Below are positions 35,901 through 44,437 of a stretch of DNA of 53,375 nucleotides, piece by piece (within the stretch, counting starts at the first letter, position 1; each line of letters opens with the position of its first letter). This DNA is from a virus (Duplodnaviria > Caudoviricetes): positions 1-53,375 of IMG/VR virus record IMGVR_UViG_3300048592_001369; one strand, written 5' to 3'. The translations under genes were made by a program, and so were the position numbers. Under the pieces are notes generated by a model. It had not been told where the DNA came from, did not search any database, and saw nothing but the letters and a program-made list of their open reading frames with translations.

Positions 35901-36938
35901 GTGTCGGACACCGTCGGCTCGCCGGTCGTCTTCAGTGCAGAGCCCGGCACGCGCTACTATTTGCAGGCGGCCGCCTACGATGCCTTCGGTCGAGACCCGG
36001 AGCTGCTGAACGTCTCGCCCCTCGTATCGGTCGACACGGTGCGCGTGGGGCAGACCGACCTCGATGGTCTGGTCGCGGTGCGTGCGGTGATCGACGATGC
36101 GTCGATCACGACGGCCAAGATCCGGGATCTCGCGGTCGAGACGATCAAGATTGCGGGAAACGCGGTCACGCTCTTCGAAACGTCTCAGATCACCACGCGC
36201 CGCACGATCATTGCGGGCAATGGCACGGGCGAGGTCGGTCAAGGGGCGTGGGCGCCGGTGCTCACCGTGCGATTGGCGACGACGGGAGGGCCCGTCTCGA
36301 TCACGGGCCTCCTCTTCGCGCAGGCGGTCGAGGTCGGCCCGAACGCACTCGTGTCGTTTCCCACCCCGGTCGTGTATGGACAGCTGAGCCCGCTCGTCCG
36401 ATACCGGGTGGTGCGAACGAGCGTCACGCCGCCGGGCGCTCCGGTCGAGATCTTCGGCTCTGCGAGGCAGTCCATCTCGGCGCCGGGCTACGCGCTCGCC
36501 GGCGTCGTCTCGCGCATGGACTCGCCGCCGCCTGGACTCTGGGACTTCCAGCTTCAGTTGCGGTGGGAGCCCGACGTCTACGACACGGGCCTCGTCTATT
36601 TCGAGGGTTCGGTCGTGGAATCGGCGGGCACGTACTACCGGCGGGTGTTCTCCACGGGGGGCACCCGGTGGGTGGCTCACTCGGGAGTCAGCACCTCGCG
36701 AGGCCCTGCGGTGCTCTTCGTCCTGCCGGAGGGCTACGGCAGCTGGCAGGAATGCGGTCAGGTAGGGAGCTACTGGGGCCAATACATCACGGACACGGTC
36801 GTCAACATCTTCAAGGCGGGGGCTCATCCTCCCTATTTCGCGGGTACGATGCCCTACGAGCTCCGGTATTCGGCCTCTCAGCTGGTGCTCGATCTCGAGC
36901 CCGGAGGGTTTCTGACGGCGGCGGAGTTTCGGCGGTGA
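32919..36938 (+). CDS. Tail tip / host-specificity protein J (~1339 aa)
   Basis: LSEGPIVG, YSGDWDGTF, NNPAW, YCDELVP, FGCTSRGQA, FN3-like repeats, ITTAKIRDLAVETIKIAGNAVT. Confidence 0.95.
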   Translation: MRLAGPRPALAGRGGKKQKKQSVRTPVEYPDSISSIQYGTIVDVLSEGPIVGLLHGAQSIYLDETPVQNPDGSYNFQEVSYEQATGSAEQAPIGFGEGVLSEVPVNVRIKAGAWPTRLVSTPDVDRVRVTIGFAGLLEQDPATHDITGSAIALDVQVATSTGSWITAYEIRFTAKSRNRFTQSYTVHRPSSSSEAWRVRIVRHTPDATDSSKQNDTYWDSYTEITSSRLSMPLSSAVAIRLRADEFSQIPSRAYHVRGRLLKVPSNYHPEDADSLGTGAYSGDWDGTFQIAYANNPAWVFFDLLSNSRYGLGQYVPESSVDKWSLYAIARYCDELVPSGQQDIYGNDLHERRFTFNSVIQTREQAYKVMADLASVFRGMVYWSTGLITFSQDSPKSAIHQFTPSNVRDGIFSYGSSSRTARHTVALVRWNNPENYFLPEVEYVEDEDGIKRFGVNETEVTAFGCTSRGQAIRAGRWLLVTERLEKEMVTFQTGLEAAALRPGDVVNVVDPMRGGKRRGGRIVSAGPSHVEIDEPVALEPGITYDVTVMQGSRTEYVDGTTTDATLTLGAPLAGEDLTRVFVSADLDGDGGFETKVEVRGYTADLREVRIGPLEEGGGGTAVRFRVDYLLGLVTRMVTSDPGEGALLTVAPPFDVVPDPGQVFILREPNYEPRPYRVISIVENEKHLHEVQALEYHASKYEEIESGIRIEEPPDDLVPPSDLLVSPPTNLRITPEVRTGATGIRAFLSVEWSPPAGARVRAYEVRYRLNLGNWHTLPEIFGLEASIPDARPGSYDVAVYALGISGQRSTAASASYAYDEAATVALARVTGLEIEGQGNDAMFTGRSVRLAWRWNHPDREVPYGSEVGGAGSLAIPAWFDGFVVRVYDPATNALVREEQSVPDPRYTYDLDKNLADGGPRRRLRFEVAVRDLFGRASPYSQITVENPPPPALELVRVSGGFREVWLEFRAPGDADFAGVLVWASTSESFTLSDTNLVSDTVGSPVVFSAEPGTRYYLQAAAYDAFGRDPELLNVSPLVSVDTVRVGQTDLDGLVAVRAVIDDASITTAKIRDLAVETIKIAGNAVTLFETSQITTRRTIIAGNGTGEVGQGAWAPVLTVRLATTGGPVSITGLLFAQAVEVGPNALVSFPTPVVYGQLSPLVRYRVVRTSVTPPGAPVEIFGSARQSISAPGYALAGVVSRMDSPPPGLWDFQLQLRWEPDVYDTGLVYFEGSVVESAGTYYRRVFSTGGTRWVAHSGVSTSRGPAVLFVLPEGYGSWQECGQVGSYWGQYITDTVVNIFKAGAHPPYFAGTMPYELRYSASQLVLDLEPGGFLTAAEFRR

Positions 36939-37408
36939 CGGCCGCCGTGAACCAGCTGCGATGCTTCTATCGCTGTGGCGAGAACGGCTCGATCCTAGAC
37001 GTGGTGCAAACGCATCTCCTGCGCGGAGAGGGTTGGTTCGAGGCAACGGACGACGAGACGCTCGGCCGCGTGCTTCGCGAGACAGAGAGGTGGCGCGCGG
37101 ACCCGGAGACGGGAGAGCTGTCGCGCAAGCCTCACATCAGGCTTCGTGTGAACGACCCGGTATTCAAGGCCGACGGCATTGACGAGGCGGTCTGGATCGT
37201 GACGGCGCTCGATGCTGTACCCGAGGGGGCCGCGGTCCGCGTGACCGTCAACGGAGACGCTCAGGAGTGGCGCTTTGGCGAGCTCCACGCGATCGCGTCC
37301 TCGGTGCCCGGCACGTGGATCGTGGCGCTTGCCGACGGGCGCTACTGGGCGGAACACCGGGTCGCGGTTGCGACCGCGCACCCGACGGAGGCATTCGGCG
37401 ATGTCTGA
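36935..37408 (+). CDS. Tail-associated hypothetical protein (Ig-like C-terminus)
   Basis: GTGA-coupled to J; FKADGIDEA, beta-rich. Confidence 0.6.
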   Translation: MTAAVNQLRCFYRCGENGSILDVVQTHLLRGEGWFEATDDETLGRVLRETERWRADPETGELSRKPHIRLRVNDPVFKADGIDEAVWIVTALDAVPEGAAVRVTVNGDAQEWRFGELHAIASSVPGTWIVALADGRYWAEHRVAVATAHPTEAFGDV

Positions 37409-37775
37409 CCCGGTCCGGATCTCGGTGCCGCCGCTCGGCGCGCAGACGGCCCTCGGCGCGGACTCGGCGTTTTCGCCGGCGCTCGTGGCGAAGATGCTCT
37501 GCTCGGTGCAGGCGGACTTGCAGGGCGTTCGCGCGGAGAGCGCGAAGGCGGCCGGGGCAACGGGAGATCTCGTGGCGCGGCTCGACACCGTGCTCACCAC
37601 CCTCGAGCGGATTGCGTCGGGGATCGAGGCCAGCGCCGAGCGCATGGCGCAGGCGACGGAGACGCTCAACCTGCGCGGCTGGGCGATCGAGCACCGGCTC
37701 GAAACGATGCGGCCGGTCGTCGAGGCGGCGAAGGCGGCGGTCGAGGCCGACACGGCGGCCCGCTCGTCTGGATAG
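37401..37775 (+). CDS. Coiled-coil hypothetical protein
   Basis: GGAGG RBS; heptad Ala/Leu/Glu pattern. Confidence 0.6.
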   Translation: MSDPVRISVPPLGAQTALGADSAFSPALVAKMLCSVQADLQGVRAESAKAAGATGDLVARLDTVLTTLERIASGIEASAERMAQATETLNLRGWAIEHRLETMRPVVEAAKAAVEADTAARSSG

Positions 37776-37797
37776 GCCCCTTCTGCGGGCCGCCGAT

Positions 37798-38724
37798 GTG
37801 CGGCTGCTCGCAACGATCCTCTCACCCGGCTACGTCCGGGAGGCGGCACGGGAGTACGGGCTCGGCGATCTGGTCCTGGGGGCGGAGGCGGCTTACCACG
37901 AGGCCCGCGGCGCGATCCGGGCCTACTTGAGGCACGTGATCTCGCGCGAGCGGCGCGCAATCGTGCGCGAGGTGCCGGAGGGTCCCCGCCGCGAGGCGGC
38001 GATCTTGGCGGCAAAGCGCGAGGCACGACGCGCGCTCGCGGCACTCGGCTACCGCTTCCACTTCCAGCGGCTGTCGCGTCAGATCTGGACGCCCTGGCGC
38101 AAACTCGCGTTCTCATGCTTCGATCCGGCGGGTGCCGGGATCGACGGCTTCTGCCGTCTCGTCTTCGACCGCGACGTTTCCGAGAACCCGGCGCTCATCG
38201 TGCGCTCCGTGCTCCGAGCCCTCGCCGATCTGCTTCGCGACGAGCCCGCGCTCAATCGGGCCATACTCGACGGCCGTGTCTGGGAGCGCACGAGTCCCGA
38301 GGTGATGGTCCACGCCGAGCTGGCGCCGGACCAGATCGAGCCCGTCGTGGTCAGCGTCGCGGGGTGCTCGGACGAGGAGGTGGGCCGGGCGCTTCGCGCA
38401 CAGCTCCGGGCGGCACTCGAATCGGCTCGCCACGAGCTCGCGCCGATCGGCCACGCGCTCATGGGGGCATGGGTTGAGGCCGGATTCCTCGCCTCGCCGG
38501 CGGGCGCGATGATGAGTGACGCCACGCGGAGCGGAATCACGCACCCGAGGCCGGCTCTGGTGCCCGGCAACGGTGTCCCGCTCGCGGTTGCCGTGGGCAC
38601 TCCGATCGGCCGCGAAGTCTGGGTCGGGATCGTTGCGGATCACCGGGCTGGCGACGCGAGCCTTTGGGGGAGGGTCCACAAGGAGCTGCGCTGTCGCGTG
38701 CCGGCACTCGTCATGCGCAGGTGA
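37798..38724 (+). CDS. Stand-alone 2-oxoacid dehydrogenase E2/CAT-fold acyltransferase (no lipoyl domain); start uncertain
   Basis: TPWRKLA, VLRALADLLRDEPALNRAI, LAVAVG, catalytic DHRAGDA (38638-38658) resembling DHRxxDG. Confidence 0.7.
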   Translation: MRLLATILSPGYVREAAREYGLGDLVLGAEAAYHEARGAIRAYLRHVISRERRAIVREVPEGPRREAAILAAKREARRALAALGYRFHFQRLSRQIWTPWRKLAFSCFDPAGAGIDGFCRLVFDRDVSENPALIVRSVLRALADLLRDEPALNRAILDGRVWERTSPEVMVHAELAPDQIEPVVVSVAGCSDEEVGRALRAQLRAALESARHELAPIGHALMGAWVEAGFLASPAGAMMSDATRSGITHPRPALVPGNGVPLAVAVGTPIGREVWVGIVADHRAGDASLWGRVHKELRCRVPALVMRR

Positions 38725-38734
38725 GGGGGGAGCT

Positions 38735-39448
38735 GTGCGGAGCGTTCTCGTGGTTGGAGGCAGCAGCGGGATCGGCGCCGCGATCGCGGACGAGTGCCGC
38801 GCGCGCGGACACGCCGTCCTGACGGCGCAGCGGCGAGAGCCGCAGGCCCCTGGCGAGTGGGTGCCGCTCGATCTTCGCTGGTCCATCGATACGATCCGAG
38901 GAGCGATCGACGAGTGCCACCGTCGGCTTGGGCGGATCGATTGGCTCGTGATTGCCGGCGGCACCGGCGCTTATATGCGCCCGCTGTTTGGAAAGAAGGA
39001 CCTGGAGGTCCACGCGTCGCAGGCCTCCGAGCAGATCGCCACGAACCTCCTTGGCCCGGCGTTCGTATTCGAGGCCGCTGCTCAGCACCTCATGCGCACG
39101 GATGGCGAGCCCACGTCTCGCGTGCTCTATATCGGCTCGACGATCGTGCGACAGCCCCCGAAGGCGCTCGCGTACTACGCGGCGAGCAAGGCCGGCGCCG
39201 AGGCGTTCTTCCGCAGCGAGGCGCGACGGTGGGCCTCGCACGGTGTGCGGGTGAACGTGCTCGCGACGGGCTGGATTCACTCGCCGATGACGCGCGAGAT
39301 CGACCAGCGGATCGTGGACAAGATCCTGCGGGCCACGGCAACCGGTCGAATGGGGAGCGCCCAGGAGGCCGCCGAGATGGCGCTCTCCATCCTCGATGGC
39401 CCGGACTTCATCTGCGGCGATGTCATCCCCATGAGCGGCGGGATCTGA
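38735..39448 (+). CDS. Short-chain dehydrogenase/reductase, FabG-like
   Basis: VGGSSGIG, IGST, YAASK, GVRVNVLATGWIHSPMT, GRMGSAQEAA. Confidence 0.92.
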   Translation: MRSVLVVGGSSGIGAAIADECRARGHAVLTAQRREPQAPGEWVPLDLRWSIDTIRGAIDECHRRLGRIDWLVIAGGTGAYMRPLFGKKDLEVHASQASEQIATNLLGPAFVFEAAAQHLMRTDGEPTSRVLYIGSTIVRQPPKALAYYAASKAGAEAFFRSEARRWASHGVRVNVLATGWIHSPMTREIDQRIVDKILRATATGRMGSAQEAAEMALSILDGPDFICGDVIPMSGGI

Positions 39449-39518
39449 TGGCCCCGACGTTGGACGCGCGCAAGCGGACCAGGACTGCGGAGCAGTTGCT
39501 GCGGTCAAGGGGGCGGTG

Positions 39519-40610
39519 ATGCAGGTCCGAAGTGGCCGGGTTTCTCTCACGAACGGATCGAACACCGTCTTTGGCGTGTACGACCTTCTCCTCGTGGGGG
39601 TCTCCGGGAGCTTTGTCGCTGGCGAGAGCCTGGGCTTCTCGCCGACCGGCGCGGCCGGCGTAGTGACGAGCTGGGATCCCGGAGCAGGGCGCCTCTCGTG
39701 CCGGATCACGTCCACCGCACAGCCCGCGGCGGAGGACGCGGTGTCCCAGACGCCAACCCTCGGCGAGGGCACGGTTTCGGATGTCGCATTCGCCCCCGCG
39801 CTCTCGACCTCGGGCATCGCCCCCGGGGCCGTGTTCACGCGGCGCAGAAGTGGCGTGACCTACGAGGTCCAATCGGTGGAGGGCGCGGGGAGGCTCACGC
39901 TCGCCGGGCCCTACGCCGGAGCGACAGAAGCCGAGGCGGAGTACTCGATCACGACCTCGTTCACACCGAATGCGGGGATTCCGTACGTCGAGGATGGAGA
40001 CGTCGACGTCGGCGCAATTACACGGCGGGCCGCCTTGCGGCTCGACGCGCTGCTACAGGATGTCCTCGGGATCGGCCTCGGCGGGACGTTCTCGGGCAAT
40101 GCGCGCAAGAGCGTTCGTGTGCGCGCGGACGAGAACGGGCTCGAGCTCTTCTCGGCGGCGGACCGCAATGCCCCGTCGGAGCAGTTCACGGGCAATCTGG
40201 CCGTGGGACTGCAGCTCGCGGTGATTGGGCTCATCACCCCGTACGGCGGCATCTACGCCGAGCCGGTTCGCGTGGTTGGGGCCCCGACGCAGCCCGCTTT
40301 CGAGAACGGGTGGACCAACCACGACGATGCGGCTGCCTTGCGCTACGCGGCAGGCTTCTGGAAGCAGGCCGACGGCATGACGCACCTTCGCGGGTGCGTG
40401 ACCAAGGCGAACCTCCCCGACGGCGAGACGATCTTCACGTTGCCAGCCGGCTACCGACCGGCGCGTCTGATGGTCTTTGCGGCCAGTGAGGGTGCGGGGA
40501 ACCTGATCTTGGTCGGCGTCGCCGCGGACGGGGCCGTCCGGAAGATCTCCGGCCCCACGACTGCGGGCGCGGTCCTGCTCGACGGCATCTCGCTTCGCGC
40601 GGAGACCTGA
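39519..40610 (+). CDS. Tail fibre-like protein
   Basis: GRVSLTNGSNTVFG, LTLAGPYAGAT, PAFENGWTN...HLRGCV...IFTLPAGYRP...LDGISL C-terminal domain. Confidence 0.75.
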   Translation: MQVRSGRVSLTNGSNTVFGVYDLLLVGVSGSFVAGESLGFSPTGAAGVVTSWDPGAGRLSCRITSTAQPAAEDAVSQTPTLGEGTVSDVAFAPALSTSGIAPGAVFTRRRSGVTYEVQSVEGAGRLTLAGPYAGATEAEAEYSITTSFTPNAGIPYVEDGDVDVGAITRRAALRLDALLQDVLGIGLGGTFSGNARKSVRVRADENGLELFSAADRNAPSEQFTGNLAVGLQLAVIGLITPYGGIYAEPVRVVGAPTQPAFENGWTNHDDAAALRYAAGFWKQADGMTHLRGCVTKANLPDGETIFTLPAGYRPARLMVFAASEGAGNLILVGVAADGAVRKISGPTTAGAVLLDGISLRAET

Positions 40611-40670
40611 TCGAGCCACGCGAATCGAGTCGGTCCACAACGCGCTCGCCGAACGCGGAAGGGGGGAGTC

Positions 40671-41225
40671 TTGTCCGAGCTCGCCGTACAGGACATGGCC
40701 GGTGCTGCGCTGGCCATCGGTTACGTGAATCACAACCCCTTGCGCAAGGCCCGGTTCTCGTCCTCGTCGGGCACCTGGCTCCCTGGCGACGTCGCCCTCT
40801 TTTCGCCCTCCGGTGCGAGCGGCCAGGTCGTGGCCCTCGATACCGGCAGTCACGAGCTCACCTACTACCTGCTCGAGGGACTTCCTGCGCTCGGTGATGG
40901 GGCGACAACCTCCTCGGGGACGGCGACGGCATGCAGTCTGCTCGAGGCGGAGGGCGACACGTTCGTCAACGATGGCCGCACCTTCCTCTTCGTCGACAAC
41001 CAGGGTGCTCAGGCCATCACGCTGCGCTTCCTCGCGCAGGCCGAGTGCTCGGATGGCTACCTGCATGACCTCGCGATCACGATCGGTCCGGGTGTCTCGG
41101 GGCCAATTGGCCCGTTCAATCGGCGGCGCTTCAACGATGGCGGTCGAGTCCGCGTGGTTTACGCCGGGACCGTGACCCCCGTCGAGTGCGGTGTTGCGGC
41201 GGTCCGCATGTTCCCGAACCAGTAG
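40671..41225 (+). CDS. Putative virion structural protein
   Basis: GDTFVNDGRTFLFVDN...IGPF...FND pattern with an inserted beta module; TTG start with G-rich RBS. Confidence 0.55.
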   Translation: MSELAVQDMAGAALAIGYVNHNPLRKARFSSSSGTWLPGDVALFSPSGASGQVVALDTGSHELTYYLLEGLPALGDGATTSSGTATACSLLEAEGDTFVNDGRTFLFVDNQGAQAITLRFLAQAECSDGYLHDLAITIGPGVSGPIGPFNRRRFNDGGRVRVVYAGTVTPVECGVAAVRMFPNQ

Positions 41226-41236
41226 GAGAGCCTCGC

Positions 41237-44200
41237 ATGAAGCTTGCGCGTGTCGCCTCAATCCTCGCACTCTTGACGCGCGGATGTTCGCCTGAACCTG
41301 CGACGGCCGCCGACTCCACGGGCGGCGCCTTCACGCTGAGCGGTCTCGCCTCCTCGATCTGCCGCATCGGCTCGGCAGAAGGGGCCGCCAAGCGTCTCGC
41401 CGGGGTGGGGGCGCCGGCAGGTCGGTGCGGGAGTGCCACGAATGGCGCGCTCGCTCCTGTGATCGATGCGATCTCGAAGTCCGACTGCTCGGTCGGAGGC
41501 GGATCCACCGTGGCGGTCTGCCAGTACGACGCTGCACAGCCCGGTGCCAACAAGTGGGTGCCGGCGATCGGGAGCGGATCGGGCGACCAGATCCGCGTGA
41601 ACGGCGCGGAACAGACCGACCCGACGCTGAACGACTCGGCGCAGATCGCATTTTCGGCGTCCTCGAACACGATCACCGCGGCGATCGCCGCAGACTCGGT
41701 TGCGCTCGGCACGCACACCTCCGGAGCCTTCGTCGGCGGCGCCACTTCGGGAGGGGGCCTCGCGCTTACGGGCAGCGAGCCGGGCACGCTCGGGCTTCTC
41801 GCGTGCAGTTCCGGGCAGGTGCTCAAGCACAACGGCTCGGCCTGGGCCTGCTCCGCGGACTCCGGCGGCGATTCGTTCAGCACTTTCGCAGCGTCCTCGG
41901 GCACGAATCCGGTGGCCGACGGTTCCGCGGATACGCTTCAGATCCTCGCGGGCACGGGCGTCACGGTGACGGGCGACGCTGCTGCGGACTCGCTCACGAT
42001 CGCCTCGACGCTCGGTACGACGGTCGGACCGACCGAGATGGCGGCGAGCGATTTTGGACCCTTCTCGTGCAACGGGACGACCTGCTCGATCGACGCCGCG
42101 GCCGTCGGCGACTCGGCGGTGGCCTCGGGCGTCGACGCCGCGAAGCTTGCGAACGGCACGGTCTCGAACGCCGAGTTCCAGCGCCTGGACGGCGTCTCGT
42201 CGGCGATCCAGTCGCAGCTCGACGCGAAGGTGCCGCTTGCCGGCGGGACGATGAGCGGCCAGCTCAACATGGGCTCGCAGAAGATCACAGGTCTCGCGCC
42301 AGGGAGCGCGGCCACCGACGCCGTGCGCTACGACCAGATGATCGACGGCGCGTCGGTGGTGATGCGCGACGGAAGTCAAGCGTTCACGGCCGCGCAGAGC
42401 ATGGGCGGCAACCGAATCACGTCGCTCGGCTCGGGCACGGCGCTCACCGACGCGGCGTCCATGCGCGAGGCCGCGTCGTGCGTCGGCAACGCGGCCTGCG
42501 TGCGCGTGGCCGACGACAACGGCAACGCCGATCTCACCGCCGAGCTTCAGGCGGCGTTGAACGCCCTGCTCTGGCCGAGCGGAACGCTCACGACGGCCAC
42601 GGAGGTCGTGCTCGTGGCGCCGCCGGCCCGGACCTACACGATCAGCTCGCGGATCGTTATCTGCGGCGATACGAGTCCCCCGTCGGGGTCGACGGCGCCC
42701 GATTGCACCGGCACGCAACAGCTCCCGCGGATTCGATTCGCGGGAGCGTGGTCGTCGGCCGTCTTGAAGTGCGAGCTCGCGGCCCTCTCGAACGTCGTGC
42801 AGAACATGACGCCGTGCATTCAGATCGGCGACGCCTGGGCCGATACGTCCTTCGCGAACAAGGTGCCTCTCGCATTCGACACGCCGCTCGCCATCGAGAT
42901 GGCGACGACCTCGGACTTCGCGAACACGCTCATGGGGATCTGGTGCAACGGCTGCACGGAGGATCTCAAGGTCCGCGTTCCGGACACGAAGGCATCCTCC
43001 TTCCCTGGCCCCGCCGCCGTAGTGGCCGGAGGGGGCCTGCGCACGACGCTCGTCGTGGAAAAGAACAGCGGGAGCCTCGCCACCGTCATCTTCGACGGCG
43101 AGCAACAGGGCTCGTCGGCCTCCGTGCGCGGCTCGATCTACGGGCTCTTCATCGGATCGACGGTATCCACGGCGCTTGCGACTTGGGGCCCCGCCGACGG
43201 ATGCGACTACAACGGGCTCACGCTCTCGTGCGCGGACTTCCACCTCTTGCCGGAGACCAACGTCGCGCTCACCTCGTTTTCCGTGGAGGTCGCGGACACG
43301 GAGGGCGCCGTGATCGAGGGGGTCATGAAGGGCGGGACGGGCACCTCGAAACCGACGATCGACGTGCGGACGGGGCTCGGTGCCAACTCGATCCGCAGCC
43401 TCGCGATCCGCGCGACGTGCATTTTGAACGCGGGATCGTCCAACTCGTGCGTGCGCCTGGGGGGCGATACGGCGCCCGGCTGGACGCCGCGCGTCGCGTT
43501 TGACGGCCACGTCGAGTCGTACATCTCCGTGAACGAGCCCGACAAGGGCGGAATCGGCTGCAACTACAACAGCGCCAACTACGCGGAGATCGTGCTCGGA
43601 CCGAGCGCCTCGATGCGGAACACCGCCGGCGGGTACTCGTATCTGCTGAACAGCGTGAACCTCTATGCGCCGCATCAGGAGCCGTGCAACTACTCCGCGC
43701 CGGACACGGATACGGTGCGCGTCCGCGTCGCGGCGCAGACCCTCGGCGCGAGCCCGCCCTACTGCGCGGACCTCGTCGACGGGACGTGGCGCGCCTGCTC
43801 GGACGAGCGCACGCGGCTTCGGCGGCGGGACTGGGCCGCGTCCTGGATGCAGCGCGCGGAGGTGACACTCCACGGCGCGGCGGGAAGCGGGACGGCTTGC
43901 AACGTGCGGGTCATGAAGAATGGCACCGACCCGGCCGGCAACGAGAACAACTACTTCCCGCAGGGCTTCTCCTATCTCGTAGGCTCGGACGAGCTCGACG
44001 CCGACGGCGAAGCGGTCGCCCACAACGTGGCCGACGGCGCAGTGGCGAGCGACTACTGGCAGATTCAGGTCGACGATGACTACGCGACGTCCGGAGGCGA
44101 GGAGGCGTGCCTCACGACCCACGCTTCGGGGTACGCGACCGCAAGCGGCACGACGACATCGCTCGTCGACGGGACGAAGGCGTGGACGACGAACGAGCAC

Positions 44201-44437
44201 GTCGGGCGGCGCATCGTGTTCGATGGCGGTCGCGGCGCCTACAACATCCGTACCATCACGGCGAATACGGCGACCTCCGTCACTTGGAGCGGTGCGCTCG
44301 CGCAGGCGCCTTACTACGTCGACAACTCGCAGCGGACGAGGTATCGGATCGTCCCGAGCAGCGGGGCCTGCGCATGCGCGAGCGAGTCGCTGCCGGAGAT
44401 GACGGCCGAGCTCCGCGCGTTCCGGGTGTCGCAGTGA
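41237..44437 (+). CDS. Large Cys-rich tail-fibre/adhesin-like protein with N-terminal signal peptide (~1066 aa)
   Basis: MKLARVASILALLTRGC...ATA; GQVLKHNGSAWAC; EFQRLDGVSSAIQSQLDAK; KITGLAPGSAATDAV; ADLTAELQAALNA. Confidence 0.75.
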   Translation: MKLARVASILALLTRGCSPEPATAADSTGGAFTLSGLASSICRIGSAEGAAKRLAGVGAPAGRCGSATNGALAPVIDAISKSDCSVGGGSTVAVCQYDAAQPGANKWVPAIGSGSGDQIRVNGAEQTDPTLNDSAQIAFSASSNTITAAIAADSVALGTHTSGAFVGGATSGGGLALTGSEPGTLGLLACSSGQVLKHNGSAWACSADSGGDSFSTFAASSGTNPVADGSADTLQILAGTGVTVTGDAAADSLTIASTLGTTVGPTEMAASDFGPFSCNGTTCSIDAAAVGDSAVASGVDAAKLANGTVSNAEFQRLDGVSSAIQSQLDAKVPLAGGTMSGQLNMGSQKITGLAPGSAATDAVRYDQMIDGASVVMRDGSQAFTAAQSMGGNRITSLGSGTALTDAASMREAASCVGNAACVRVADDNGNADLTAELQAALNALLWPSGTLTTATEVVLVAPPARTYTISSRIVICGDTSPPSGSTAPDCTGTQQLPRIRFAGAWSSAVLKCELAALSNVVQNMTPCIQIGDAWADTSFANKVPLAFDTPLAIEMATTSDFANTLMGIWCNGCTEDLKVRVPDTKASSFPGPAAVVAGGGLRTTLVVEKNSGSLATVIFDGEQQGSSASVRGSIYGLFIGSTVSTALATWGPADGCDYNGLTLSCADFHLLPETNVALTSFSVEVADTEGAVIEGVMKGGTGTSKPTIDVRTGLGANSIRSLAIRATCILNAGSSNSCVRLGGDTAPGWTPRVAFDGHVESYISVNEPDKGGIGCNYNSANYAEIVLGPSASMRNTAGGYSYLLNSVNLYAPHQEPCNYSAPDTDTVRVRVAAQTLGASPPYCADLVDGTWRACSDERTRLRRRDWAASWMQRAEVTLHGAAGSGTACNVRVMKNGTDPAGNENNYFPQGFSYLVGSDELDADGEAVAHNVADGAVASDYWQIQVDDDYATSGGEEACLTTHASGYATASGTTTSLVDGTKAWTTNEHVGRRIVFDGGRGAYNIRTITANTATSVTWSGALAQAPYYVDNSQRTRYRIVPSSGACACASESLPEMTAELRAFRVSQ

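Noticed and set aside
20885-36938. Gene transfer agent or tailocin
   Set aside because: Integrase, immunity switch, replication and cos-type packaging genes are all present, consistent with a full prophage.
37798-38724. Auxiliary pyruvate/2-oxoglutarate dehydrogenase E2 subunit
   Set aside because: No lipoyl or E3-binding domain and no E1/E3 genes; treated as a stand-alone acyltransferase.
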